Source: Octopus sinensis (taxonomy: Eukaryota). From it: a stretch of DNA of 64,000 nucleotides. The notes below the pieces were generated by a model. That model did no database searches. It had not been told where the DNA came from and was given only the letters and a program-made list of their open reading frames with translations. Position numbers and translations under genes: made by a program. The stretch spans positions 137,516,001 to 137,580,000 of the forward strand of contig NC_042998.1 of assembly GCF_006345805.1 (NCBI RefSeq), written 5' to 3'. How positions within the stretch are numbered: position 1 is the first letter of the stretch; each line of letters starts with the position of its first letter. This document shows positions 1 to 13,428 of the stretch, piece by piece.

Positions 1-189
1 CCGTCTTAAGGAGTTTAATGAAGCTAATCAACCCCTGTACTTATTTTTAAGTCTGGTACTTATTCTATTAGTCTCTTTTCCCAAACAGCTAGCTGGCTTA
101 TTTACATGGACACAAATAAACCAACACTAGTTGTCAAGTGATGGTGGAGGAAGAAACACAAATACACATACACATGTCATTTCACAACC

Positions 190-2270
190 AGCCCCAAATA
201 CCATCATACCAGATTTTGATGTTACCATCTTTGATACATCTCTCAAAAACATAGAGCATTTTCCATATCTAGGCAGCCTTTTATCAAACAAGTGCACTTC
301 AAAAAAGGATGGGGAACACAGAATTGGAGCTGTGCATGGGGCATTTGGAAAGTTAACCAAACACGTCTTCAACAACAAAGATATAACTTAACAACTAAAA
401 TTATAGTTTATAATGTCATTTCAACCTTGCTATATGGCTTTGAAACCTTGACTTTATACTGTCACGATGTCCAAAAGTTAGAATGCTTTCACCAACAAAA
501 GCTTTGTTCAATCATGGCCATCAAGTGGAAAACTATGTGACCAACAACGAAGTCCTGGAAAGAGCCAGCAGTCAAAGTATCAAATTAATGGTCAGAACAT
601 GTAGCAAGAATGAAAGAGTTAAATCTTTGTTATGTCCTTCTTTGAACTCACTGTATATGCCACTTTATAATGTGGACTTATAATAAGGTTATAACAATAT
701 AAATATAAATCAGAAACAACACATAACAAACAATATCTCTTCTCAACAACTTCTACGACTGTCTTCACAAAGCGCCTGCACACACCAGACTGTCCTTCAT
801 TGACTGTTTAGGACAGTTGACTTGCGATCCCACAAGGGTGTCAGGATTTCAACAATTTTTCAATATCCTGATCCATATTTGACTAGTAAACATAGCTTCT
901 CATCAATCCTTTCATTCTCGCAATTCCTGGATGTCCCATGTAGAATTCTTTTAACATATGGTTTTGCAAAGAAAAAAGTATTACAACTTTCTGAGTGTAC
1001 ATAAGTATGTCATCACATATCAAATACCATTTCAGAACTGTGTTACCCTTGGTTACATGAGTTTTTGTATTTGCTTCAAGCTTCGCTATTCTAGCCCTTA
1101 TCTCTGCATCTTTACTTGCCGTTAATCTTTGTATGAAGATTAAACATTTAAACATGTCCGAGCTTAATTCGAGTTTAAATTTTTCACATTCTCTATTTAC
1201 GATTTTGGCATACGTGACGAAATCTTCCATTTCTTTATTTTTTCAAATTCAAACACTCCCAGAAAATATTAAATAGTGAACTTCTTTCACTGTATATTTT
1301 AGATAATAGCTTAATTGTTTCCTCGAAGCAAATTTTAGATGTAATTACAAAACTTTTCATGTTCTGGTAATAATTTCCTTAAAAGAAGACATACCTTCTT
1401 TTTGTCCATCCAGCTTTTATACCCTTCCTTGAAGATTCCTTCATACCTTCTGAAGTATGCAGAAAATGTAATCCCTTCTTCCAGATTATATGTAAATTCT
1501 TCAATTGAATTAGCAACCATGTCTGCCAAAAATGAACCTGAAGTGTTTTTTGACTGAAATAATAATTCCAACAACTGTTAATTTTGTTGTTATAGTTGCT
1601 GTTGTACCTGTTCTTGCTCTTTCTGTTGTTCTTGTTGTTACTGCTGTAGTTGCCATTGCAACTGTTGCTGCTCTTGTTGTAGTTGCCATTACAACTGAAC
1701 CACAGAAGCTAATAGGTCTTCCATGCTAAGAACGTCCACTGTTGTCTTGCTCAACCCTGTTATGTCCTGTATTATGACAGCTTACTTCGCCGTCGGCCCG
1801 ACTGGCCCCTATCTCAGTGACTGGCCAAGAACAGTATACCTCGTCAACTGCCTGCTCCACTTGTAGCTGTTCATTATATATTTGTAGTGGAATGACTCAC
1901 TTCTCTCGCTCGGGGTGTCCTCCACAACAATCTTATTCAGTGAGCTCACTTCAGAAAAAAGACCACGAGGTTGCCCTCTTCGAAGGTACAAGGACCAACT
2001 CAAAGCAACTCTGAAGGCCACTGGAATTAGCCTTAATCACTTAAAACACAAGCCCGAGATGGTATCAGGTGGTGAAGTTCCATCACCATTGGAACCAAAA
2101 ACTTCAAAGCTACCAGAAGAGAAAATGAAGAAATGAAGCAACAGGAGAGAAAGGCTCGACAAAATCAACTTTATCCTCCACCAATATTATCATGCAGTCA
2201 ATGCCATTGACTCTTCTTTGCAAGAACTGGTCTAGAGAGTCATCAATGTCATTACCATAAAGAAAGCATC
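190..2270 (+). mobile_element. RTE-clade LINE 3' fragment, interrupted by a Gypsy insertion at 628-1929
   Basis: IEHFPYLGS, ISTLLYGFET, then after the insertion ILFSEL..KRPRGCPLRRYKDQLK; stops and frameshifts. Confidence 0.85.
628..1929 (-). mobile_element. Internally deleted Ty3/Gypsy (K02A2.6-like) LTR element
   Basis: TGTT...AACA termini, 5-bp TSD ATCTT (623-627 and 1930-1934), Gln-rich gag start, FSAYFRRYEGIF gag segment, integrase Zn-finger GHPGIARMKGLMRSYVY. Confidence 0.85.
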
Positions 2271-3254
2271 CAGCAAAGAAGAAATTAAATACTTGGATAC
2301 AAGATAAAGCTGCCACTGTCCATATATATATATATATGGACTTTCACACAGTTTCCATCTACTAAATCCATTCACAAGGCATTGGTCAGTTAGGATGTGG
2401 CAGGGGGGGGGGGCTATGATAGAAATCACTTACTCAAGATGTCTCACAATGGGAGTGAACCCAAAACCATTTGGCTGCAAAGCAGGTTTCTTAACTACAT
2501 TTTTGTTTTTACTCATATGAACTTCTTTTGTTTCAAAATTTATGGGAAATTTACAAATGAAACCTACCTTAAAGATATTAGAATTTTTGTTGCTTTTTGT
2601 TTGTTTGTTTTTATTATTATTTTGTCATTTTTATGTCAACCAGTTCCTTGAAACTAGTTTAAGTTTCATAGTCAGACTGAAATGTGCTGCTTGATTAGCA
2701 AGTTTCCGATAGTGAATATAAAGAGTTTGCTCTGAAAAGCCTTTTGTGTTTGAATAATAACAATGAGAAACATGGTAAGCTTGCAAGAAATTGAAACTGA
2801 AAGGAAACAGAAAGTATACTGAAGGAGGAAATCTGAACAATGCACAGACAGTGCTCACTCACACATTGGCAATGTGAATGCATCACATCAGCATCATCAT
2901 TGTCATCATATTCCTCATAATTTATATGAACAGCATCATCATTGTCATCATCGTCATTATCATCATTATTTGAGATAAAGATACAGAGTTTGCAGTGGCA
3001 AACAAGGTATTGTTAAAACAGTTAACTAGTTGGACATTCAAAAGCTTTGATAACCAGGTGCTGTTGTTATTGTTGTTGCTTCTACTACTACTACTGCTGC
3101 TGCTTGTCGTCTTAATCTTGTTGAAGCTGTTTCAGTGGGAAGCTTTTTACACTGGAGCAGATATGCAATAAATTTGCAAACAAAAAATTGAAACACTAGA
3201 AGGGTTGACAGTTACAAAGCATTTTCTCAGGGATGTTTAAATGATGTAAGTTTC

Positions 3255-3465
3255 GTCATCATCATCATCATCATCATTTAACGTCCATTGTCCATGCTGG
3301 CATGGATTGGACAGTCCACCCAGAACTGGCAAGCTGCACCAGGTTCCAGTCGAATTTAGCATGGTTTCTATGGCTGGATGCCCATTCTAATACCAACCAC
3401 CTGACAGTGTGCTGAGTACTTTTTTTTATGTGGCACCGCACAAACGTTTTTACATGGTACTGGCA
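3255..3465 (-). mobile_element. RTE 3'-tail-only repeat ((GAT)n-terminated); similar at about 17865-18190, 20310-20520, 34910-35100, 47800-47980, 48160-48370
   Basis: Same ...GGGCATCCAGC..TAGAAACC...GGACGTTAAATGATGATG terminus as the 38-40 kb LINE. Confidence 0.75.
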
Positions 3466-4363
3466 TGTCTTTTACTTGTTTCAATGCAGAGGACTGCAGT
3501 TATTCTGGAGCACTGCCTTATATTGTTATTCAAACAAATCAAACCCCAGTACACATTTTAAGATTATTTTGTCAAACTGTAAAGTTACAAAGAATATAAA
3601 TAATCAATTGTGAAGCAGCGGAGGAGTACTAGCACAAAGACACACACATAGATATAAACAGGCTTTTGTATAGTTTCTGTTTACCAAATTCACTCGCAAA
3701 GCATTGGTTGGCCTGGGTCTATAATAGAAGACACTCAAGATGTCATTCAGTAAGACTGAACCTAAAACCATGTGGTTGTAAAGTAAGCTTCCTAACTACA
3801 CAACCATGTCTGCACTTGTTCAAGAAGAATAGCGAGTGCTCATCCTGTGACCTTCAAAGGCTGTCCAAGACCAATGCAATTGAAGCAACTCCTACTAGAA
3901 AGATACAAACAATGAGAGAATTCCCAAAGGTTAACATTCTCGGTGGGAAAGACTGAGTATCAGGATTAGAGTGTCTCAACTACTTACTTTGATCTATTTA
4001 GTCTATGTTCTATTGATCATTTAAAACTTTGAGAAATACATGAAAGGGTATTAATTATAAGTGTTAGAAATGTCAAGAATGTTCTACATTGTATAATGTA
4101 GAAGGCACACCAGATGCACAAAATAGACGTCAAACTTAGTTTAGCTTTTGTTATATTCTTTTACTTGTTTCAGTCATTTAACTGTGGCCATGCTGGAGCA
4201 CTGCTTTGAAGGGTTTTAGTCGAACAAATCAACCTCAATACTTATTCTATTGGTCTCTTTTGCCAAACCACTAAGTTATGGGGGCATTAACACACCAACA
4301 TCAGTTGTCAAGCGGTGATGGGGCAAGGAACAAACACAAAGGCACACACAGATAGATATATAT

Positions 4364-4520
4364 AGGGTGTGGTGAATTAATTTTTGTCTAAATTATACAA
4401 AAATGAAAATAACACTGACATCTCATTTTAACAGATATATTTACCAAATTTACATAAAAATATCTTGAAATACATTTATTCAATAAAATCGCCATTGACT
4501 TCAACCACAGCTTCCAACAG
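4364..4520 (-). mobile_element. Tc1/mariner-family 3' end fragment
   Basis: Minus strand encodes LEAVVEVNGDFIE*, a transposase C-terminus, then a TA-(C/T)AGGGTG-type terminus. Confidence 0.55.
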
Positions 4521-6612
4521 AATTTTTTCCCATAAGACAGTTAGAATCTTGTGTTCTACCCTCCCCAATATGGGTACCATCATAGCAAGGTTAAATAGAA
4601 AGAATATAAAATGTGCAAGAAGTGTTGATAATAATAATATTACTGTCAACACTAGCTTAAGCCCCTACAATAAGAATAATATTAATGGTGATGTTGGAAT
4701 TAGAAACAGCAGTATTGACATATCTAATATATACAATATAGACTGTAACTCCGAGATTTATACTAGCACAGAGATTACTGACACAATGCCTGTTGATGCT
4801 GAGATGAATTTGAATAATACTTCAATTGAAGGAAGTATAAATAATAACAGAAATAAAAATAACACATACATATGATAGTAGTAGTGGGATTAATAATAAT
4901 AATAATGATGATGATAGGAATATAAATAATATTAATAGTAGTAATTCTCCTGGTTGCAATTGTAGAGTTAAATCCTACTGTCCGTTATTAGGCCGATGTC
5001 TAATCCAAAACATAATTTATAACTGCACAATCATAACTGAGACTGGTAACTTTATATATATAGGATGTTTGATAAATATGAAAAAATGTATCACTAGCCA
5101 TTTTTTATCTTTTTAGGCTCAAGCATAAAGCCAATTGTACATCCTTAAGCAAGATTTGGGAACTGAAAGAAAGCCTTAAATGGGATATAATACGGAAAGC
5201 ACAGCCTTATATAGTCGATACAGGTGTGAGCTGTGCTCTATGGAAACCTATGAGATTTTTAAGTATAGGGACAAGAACAACCTGATTAATAATAGATTAG
5301 ACCTAAGGGAATCATGCATACATAGCATCACCTGTGCATTTAAGTACTTTTGAAATTAGCGATTATAGGTGCCATACTTGAACTTTGATGGTGGAAATTA
5401 ATTTTGGTGCCATATCTGTTGTAAACTTACCCTCTAGTATTATATATAATAAAATCATGGGATATGTTATAAGCTATATGTGATGTGCTATATGTAATTA
5501 CTAATCCCATGAAAACTCTTGCCTTGTTAGTCTAACTTCATCATGTTTTTGGTGATTAAACTATTTTTTCCTTTCTCTGATGTTCTACCCACTGATCATA
5601 TTATGTATATTTGTAATGGCTTTTATGTAAGTCTCCTAATTATATACCACTAGAATCTATAAAATCATAAATGTAATAGTACCTGTAACATTGCAACTTA
5701 TAAAATCTCTTCAGTTGGAATACCTCCAACTGCCTTTACTACTCCCATACCTATTACCCCCCTCATTTAGGGTTACCTTTATTTCTTCCCTACCTCAAAT
5801 TTTAATACCCCGTGTCTTTAAATGTAAGTTATATATTTCTTATCGTTTTCTATAAATTCTTATTTTGTTTTCTTACTTTGATATCCTTACCTGTTAACCC
5901 CCTTATCCCTTAAAGTTGTTACTGTTCTTGAATAGAGATTTTTCAGCTACTAGGTCTATGCAAGATGGTTATACTATATCCATACAAACATATAAATATT
6001 TATATATGTATATATATGCATAAATGTGCATAACCTATTAACCTCTTATCCCTTATAAATTGTTATCTTTCTTGTTTGTAAATAGATACTTTTTAGTTAC
6101 TTAAGTCTATGCAAGATGGTTATACTGTATCCATATAAACGTATAAATATTTGTGTATGTGTGCATGTGTGCACATCTACATATGTGGGAAATTCTGTCT
6201 GTGGGTGTGTTTGTGGAGTTGTTAGCTAACTCCTACACCGTTTTATCGATTTTGATGAAACTTGACATGTGTGTAGAACTCATGTCTGGAAACCTCATGA
6301 CCTACTCAGATTGTTGAAAAAAAAATCAATAATAGAGCCCCTGGAAGGGATCCTTATATATATCTAATATATTTTATTTTAAAAACCAAGGGAAATAACC
6401 CATTCATTTTCCTAAATTGTTTGGTAAAAATGAAATTGAGTATGCTTATTTCTTAGTATTTGAACTGTTAAAGTTATTTCCACAATTTATCCAGTACAAC
6501 CCTTAAACAAATAAATAGTATTTTCCTAAACAAGTTATTTACTTTGAATTGTTATTATCTCATATCTGATTAGCCTGTTATTACATAACATGCTTCACAA
6601 TTTTGATGATGA

Positions 6613-6651
<39 letters not shown>

Positions 6652-6835
6652 ATTATACATATATGGCCTTCTGTCATTAGAATCTGACAAGTCATCTATA
6701 AAGTTAAGCGCTTTATGGATGTGAAACCATTGGTCACTCTATGACCGGACATATATTTAACTGCATGTAAATATATTACTGCCCTATTCTTTAGAGTGTG
6801 CTTCTTTTTTGGATATATGATCCACTGCCTCTTTA
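4520..6835 (+). mobile_element. Penelope-like element 3' remnant (GIY-YIG endonuclease plus pLTR-like tail with hammerhead); a Helitron-like piece is inserted at about 6176-6560
   Basis: TVRILCSTLPNM, Asn-rich linker, CNCRVKSYCPLLGRCLIQNIIYNCTI..FIYIG, CELCSMETYEI; direct duplication about 5890-6030/6035-6155. Confidence 0.8.
6673..6745 (+). ncRNA. Type I hammerhead ribozyme motif (core degenerate) at the 3' end of a Penelope remnant
   Basis: gtcattagaat-CTGACAA-stem II catctataaag/ctttatggatg-GAAA-ccattg-GTC-actctatgac; stem I pairs; the core has G8>A. Confidence 0.72.
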
Positions 6836-6837
6836 CT

Positions 6838-6893
<56 letters not shown>

Positions 6894-8589
6894 CACAATA
6901 TCATCATCAATAACTTTATTCAGCAACAACAAAGTGTCTGTTAGTGCATGATTGGTTTCAAAGGTGGGGAAAAATGGGAATTGTGACTTTCACATCTTTC
7001 CTAAGGACAATTAATGATTTATATTTATAAAAATCAATATAAAGCACCATTGTACTAGTATATGCTGTCTAAAAAGTCACCACTACCCCTACACACTTCC
7101 CAGCCACGTAATTTTTTTTTTTTTTGCTTTCTTTTCATATCATTTCATCTGATATTAAATGGAATATTTGTTGCCAAAGTGTTTTGTTTCATGGACTTAT
7201 GTATCGATCTATAAATGTTCTTTGAATTTCTAACAGCTTCATGAAAGAAAATTACATTTAATGATGAAGAAGAAAACAGAAAAAATACAAACAAGCCAAA
7301 GAAAACTATTCACCATTAGGATTATAGAATTATAGAACAATACAATAATGTATATTTTCATGTTTGAATATGTGTGCACATGCATGTGTGTGTATATATA
7401 AAATATATATTTGTGTATTAGTGTGTGTGTAGACATATCCTATACGTAATAGTGTGTCTTCATCAAGACAGAACAAGTAACTGTAAAATATGAATGTATT
7501 TCTTTTTAATTAAATAGAAAACTGAAATGAGACAATTTCCTTAAATCAATATGTGTGTATGTGTATATGAAGAAGTGTGTGTGAGAGACAGAAGTGGGTG
7601 CATGAAGAAGTGTGTGTGTATGCTGAAGTATTTAGGGAGGAATGTGTGTATTGGAAAGGATGTTTATGTAGGGAGGGAGGGGTGCTGGAAGTGATGTTTA
7701 TGTGTACAGAGGGACATATATTCATCAAAGATTTATGTGTTTGTGTAAGTGTTTAGGGAGTGATGTGTGTATACATTGGGAGGGCTGTGTTTGTTGGGGG
7801 ATGTGTGTGGGTGAGCATTTTGCATATTTTATGTCTGCTAAATATAGTATTTAGAAAACCAATTGGAAATATATTGTATCTGTTATTTATATTTTCATCT
7901 CACTTTAGCTAAATATTTGTTTCAAAAGAAATGGGTTAATCTTGTGTAAGCTAAGTTTTTCCTATTTCTTGTAGTAATGAATCTAATATGTACTGCTATT
8001 TTACAGTTTATGTGTGTGGGAGAGAGAGGAGCAGTGTGTGTCATGTAGTATAGACATTTCAACCACTATGCCATTCTGCAGTTTTGTGCTATATATAGTC
8101 CACATGTGGTATGAGGCTTTCAGGTCTGGCAGAAAATACTAGGATATTTAGAAAACTTTTCTATGCTTACATGGGTAAGATGGAATTCATTGAGATAGAT
8201 TTTTCTATGGTCCTACCTGTTGCCAACCCTCACCTAGTAAGGTGATATTTCTCCATGCCCAAACCTGATTTCACAGATGGGAAATGAAATGGCACTACAT
8301 TACAACTAACACCATGTGGAGACAAAAGAATATTCACCCATTCACACAAATACATATGCATACATACATACGCACACACGCACATTTCTTTTTATTTCTT
8401 TTACTTGTTTCAGTTGTTTGACTGTGACCATGCTGGAGCACCACCTTTAGTTGAACAAATCAACCCCAGGACTTATTCTTTGTAAACCTAGTACTTATTC
8501 TGTTGGACTCTTTGCCGAACCACTAAGTTATAGGAATGTAAACATGCTGGCATTGGTTGTCAAGCGATGGTTGGGACAAACACAGACAT

Positions 8590-8627
<38 letters not shown>

Positions 8628-10115
8628 CAGGTTTCTTTCAATTTCCATCTACCAAATCCACTGACAAGGCTTTCGTCAGCCTGAAACTATAGCAGAAAAC
8701 ACTTGCCCAAGGTTCCATGCAGTGGGACTGAACCCAGAACTATGTGCTTGGGAAACAACCTTCTTACCACACAGCTACTATAATAAAGAGAGATATGAGA
8801 TGAATATATTTATTGCGCCAGTTGATATCCATAAGATAACTATTGTTTCACAGCCAACATCATAGAAAATGATTGTGTATAATATATGCTAATACAGAAT
8901 GTAAAATAATTTAAGTTATAAATTATATCATACTATTGTATATAGTACTATTATATATTGTATTATATATTATATTAGATACTGTAGTATATATACTATT
9001 GTATATATAGTACTGTTATAGTGTGTATATTATAAATTATATAGTACCTTATAAATTGTACAGTATAATTTATGAAATATACACTAATACAGACATGTGA
9101 AACAATCGTAATCTTATGGATTTCAACTGGGGAAATAAATATATTCGTCTCATACCTCTTCCTTCATATTTTATAGACTCCTAATGAAATAATCATTACT
9201 AATTGAATTTAATGAATTGCAACTGAATTGGACTATACATTACACACCTTTGTTTTATAATAGTCTACTCTGTAGTTTGTAGCTTGATCCACTAAAGGAG
9301 CTTTTTGGTGGGCACCACCAGATTAGTTAAATGCATATAATGTGCATTAAATTTATGTTTGTGCAACAAGCTTTGTTTCAGTTACTGTTTGCCAAATTCA
9401 CCCACAAAGCTTTGGTGAGCCATAGAAGCTGTGACTGAACCCAAAATCATGTGGTTGGGAAGCAAACTTCTTAACCACACAGCCTTAGATCACATAAATT
9501 TAAAACATGTTGCAAAGTAATGAAGATTTTCTTTAGTTTTACAGAATACAAGATATCTTCAGTTGTGTTAGTGCCATGATAAAATACACTTAGTATACTT
9601 TTCTGTAAAGTCTTTGGTGAATGAACAAGGATAGTGTAGGGTTGAGAGGACTTTTGTTTGTCAAAGATATAACAATCTCTCTTGTCTAGTAACATCAAAG
9701 AAGATCTCAGATTTTTTTTAGTTTTTTAAAGAAATCCATTCTAAACATCAGAAAAAGTTACACAATGTACACTGGCTTTTATAACAAACACCATTGAACA
9801 TATTCCAGGAGACAAGAAATAGCATCTAGCATATATGTGTGTGTGTGTATATATATATGTATGTATATCTTTTGGTGTGTATTGGAGAAGGATATAAGAA
9901 TAGGTGAGAAAATCCCAAAACTGGTGCTTTACAGTTGAATTTCCTGAAAATATTTGTTCTGCATTGAACAACAGACACTCCTTTAACACTAGAAATACAA
10001 TTTACCCATAATTCATACATTGGAAACTGTAACCAATAAAATTTTTCCCCATAAATTGTAAAATAAAATATATATAAGTATGTATGTGTATCTGTGTCAA
10101 CATAGAAATATTTAT

Positions 10116-10137
10116 GTATTTCTTTTTTATATTTCAG
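10116..10137 (+). promoter_or_regulatory. 3' splice acceptor of a 5'-UTR intron of the TMEM45 gene (exon starts 10138)
   Basis: gtatttcttttttatatttcag|ATT; composition switches from AT-rich to coding-like here. Confidence 0.7.
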
Positions 10138-10178
10138 ATTGTGATACTGCTTCACTGTCTTCTAGTAGACACTGAAAA

Positions 10179-11060
10179 ATGGGAACTTTTGGTGGACATG
10201 CCCTACCAGGAACATTCTTCCTACTCTTTGCCTTTTGGTACACAGTACAAATTTTCAATCGGTATTTCCAGTGCCGCAAAAGAAACGCTCGCTTTACATC
10301 CACAGTGACTTTTCCATGTACATGCTTGTGTGGGCGACTGAAAAAATGGCCTCTAGAATCTATAATGAAAATTGTCCTAGTTATAATTGGTTTTAGCGGG
10401 GAAATAATTACAGGCTTGCGACCTGGACCATATGTTATTTTGGGAAATGGCCAACATGCCACAATGTTTTTTGCCTTTGGTTTGTCTGGTGTAGTAGAAC
10501 TGTTGTTGTTTTTTAAAGCACCTCTGCCAACAGATGTTGATTACATTGCTAATATACTGGCTTTTACAATTGAGCTTGTGTTGTTTACATTTCACCTTCA
10601 TGGAAGATCAGAACTTGATGTATTACTGCACGTGCTTCTTACCTATGTCATCATTGCCAGTTTAATCTCAGCCTTTATTGAAATGAAATTTCGACATAAT
10701 GTTTTGGCACCTCTTGCAAGAACTTATTTTGTAATGTTACAGGGATCTTGGTTCTGGCAAGTTGGCTTCATACTGTATAGGCCTTTCCCAGGTAAATCTC
10801 CATGGAAGGGTGATGACCACAGCCAAATGATGCTGATCACTATATACTTTGCTTGGCACAGTATCGCCTGCTTTATCATTATCTTGCTGTTTGGAGGTAT
10901 TGTTAGCTGCTATCAAAAAGGTCGCGGTGTTTCTTATGTTGACGATGATATGATAATGAAACGTTTAATTCACACAGGAACCAATGGCCAAACACTTGTG
11001 AGTCTCAATGATGACAGCGAGAGTGATATAGAGTACCAAAAGCCTTCAACCGTCAAATAA
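10179..11060 (+). CDS. TMEM45B: Transmembrane protein 45 family (TMEM45B-like, DUF716), 293 aa, single coding exon
   Basis: Intact ORF starting MGTFGGHALPGTFFLLF with family motifs NGQHATMFFAFGLSG, FTFHLHGRSELD, LQGSWFWQVGFILY, YFAWH and about 7 hydrophobic segments. Polypyrimidine tract plus TTTCAG acceptor ends at 10137, 41 nt before the ATG. A versus B paralog assignment is not resolvable. Confidence 0.92.
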   Translation: MGTFGGHALPGTFFLLFAFWYTVQIFNRYFQCRKRNARFTSTVTFPCTCLCGRLKKWPLESIMKIVLVIIGFSGEIITGLRPGPYVILGNGQHATMFFAFGLSGVVELLLFFKAPLPTDVDYIANILAFTIELVLFTFHLHGRSELDVLLHVLLTYVIIASLISAFIEMKFRHNVLAPLARTYFVMLQGSWFWQVGFILYRPFPGKSPWKGDDHSQMMLITIYFAWHSIACFIIILLFGGIVSCYQKGRGVSYVDDDMIMKRLIHTGTNGQTLVSLNDDSESDIEYQKPSTVK

Positions 11061-12605
11061 TACTAAATAGTTTCATTCTATATCTCCTTTGGTGATAGTC
11101 CAGTTTTACGTTCATCTTTTACAGATCTATCACATACAATTCCTTAAAATATTAAGAGCAAATGATAGTCTTTAGCAAATTTTGTGCTTCATAGACTACA
11201 GAATAAACTGCTGTTTGGTTGATACATGTGGGATTATCTTTCCAATTATCATGATACTCTGGGAAAATGAAATCTTTCAAAACCATTATTTTGTTCATTT
11301 CTGTTACCTCATAATATTTGCTCAATTAATTCAATTACTAGCTTATTTCACATGTGCTCAAGACATCAGTTTTCATCCTCTCCTTAAATTGTCTTAAAAT
11401 TCTTTCTTTGATAAAAGAAATAAAATGTTAATAATATTCAGCTCTTCTCCCCCACCCCTACTCCAATGCAGCTGTCACAATAGATCCTCTTTTTACCATT
11501 GTGACTTAAGTTTAAAACAACGTTCTAGCAAGCAAGTTAACATTTTCCTCTGGTTCTGCATTTTATCTTTTATTTTCACATATCTACATATATATAGGTT
11601 GGCCAAATGTCACCCAACAGTAAATCAAAATTCCATAAATACTATCTATAATTCTCTATTGACTCAAATGGAAAAATGTGTCACTCAAGAAAGGCTTTAG
11701 TTTGAACAGTTTTCATGATGTTTCATATTTAGATGCTTTTATTAAATTCATTCAATTGTTAAACATAAATAAATCTTGGAATTAAATGGTTTTGATTCAC
11801 TGTCAGCTGACTTCTGGCCAGCCTTGCATACATTCATACTTACATACACACACACACATATATATATATATATACATATATATATATTTGCTAAAAGTTA
11901 AAATGTATTTCATGCCTATTGGTCTTGTAGACCAAATAGAACACTTTGATGCTGCTCTTGTTCCTAAAAAAAAAAAGGAATGTTTTTTTTTCTCTTTTTT
12001 ATTTTTTCCATCAGAACTCCTCTTTTTACCTTGTTAGAGAAAAGTACTTGGAATATAGAATTCCATTAACATTGAATTGGTTGCCTTCAATGCTGCTAAA
12101 AAGAAAAAAATATTTGATTTTTTACAAATACAAGCATCCATACCAATTTGTAGAAACTTTTTGTATTACTGGAAATATTTATTAGTCCTTTTTTAAGTAG
12201 AAGCAACTCTTGTTTGTTTCTAACAAGAATCTCTAATGCTGTTGACCTCATGCTATATCACATTGATTAGAAACGTCCTTATCAAGACAAAAAAAATGTA
12301 AAAAAGAAACAGAATTTTTATTCTTTTTCAGTGTTATCATCAACCATTTTAATCCATCATTGTATGGCAGCTGATATTTTACTCATATTTTAACATATCT
12401 GAAAATTCTTTCTGTTTATTCTCATAACTGTATCCGTATTATCATTCGTGGTTTGATTGATACATATTCATGGCTGCCCTACTCACTCTCTTCATTTCAT
12501 CGATATCCGCCCAATGTGCCCAAGAATTAACTATTTACAAGTGACTAATTTATTACAAGATTATTTTTAGAACAGTCTGTTTGGTTAATTTCTCAATAAG
12601 ATTCC

Positions 12606-12611
12606 AATAAA
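12606..12611 (+). promoter_or_regulatory. Candidate polyadenylation signal of TMEM45 gene (another at 11202-11207)
   Basis: AATAAA followed by T/GT-rich tract; such hexamers are frequent in this AT-rich DNA. Confidence 0.3.
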
Positions 12612-13428
12612 TGTTTTTGTTTTGTTCTCATAATAGCAAAACCATGAATAAACAATATAATCTTCAGCAATAGAATTGGAAAGTTTGGAACACCATTAGG
12701 GTAAAAAAAAAAAAAAAAAGAACAAAAAATATCACTGAATAAAAAAAAAATGTTTGATAAATGAAAGCACAATGATGAAAAAATATATTGGGAAATGAAT
12801 GGTAATCATATAGATTGAAATTTAAAATTAAATTAAAGTGAAATGAACAAAACTTAAGAGGTGAAATATCATGACATGATCCCATTAATATCAACATTGT
12901 CATTCAACAATCTGGTCCAGAATGCTTTATGGATCTATATTATTGATTTTGTTCCAAAACGGTTCCATCTATCATAGTTCCAAACACAGTAAACTTCATA
13001 TAGAAACAGCTAATAATTAGCAGGAATATATCTGGCCAATGTATATATATTTGTTATATAAATGAACAGTCTTTTGGCAAGACTTAACAAAGCTGAACAA
13101 ATCCTTTATAACTAACTGTTGAGGCCTGCCATTATTGTTTAATCAATAAACTATCAGATTCTGAATTGTAAGCAAGCTACCATAGTCACAGTTTGAAAAT
13201 GTGATTCTATTTTGTTAATTTCCTAACTGTAATTGATATACCCTTCAAATCACATTAGTCGTCTGTGTGTCTGGTGTAAAGTTAATATCTCATTTGTCAT
13301 TTGTGAAGGTTGGTTTCAAAGAAAATAATGAGTGTGGCTGTAGACTTGACTTATGGGGTTTTATTCACAGAAAAGAAGTCTGTGTCTCTCAGGTTATTTT
13401 TATCTGGCAATACTCATGAATATTATGC

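Noticed and set aside
4465-4875. 136-aa Asn-rich ORF as a host gene
   Set aside because: Chimera of a Tc1 end and the Penelope linker region
8920-9085. Structured repeat in a TA-rich tract
   Set aside because: Degenerate low-complexity sequence with no stable unit
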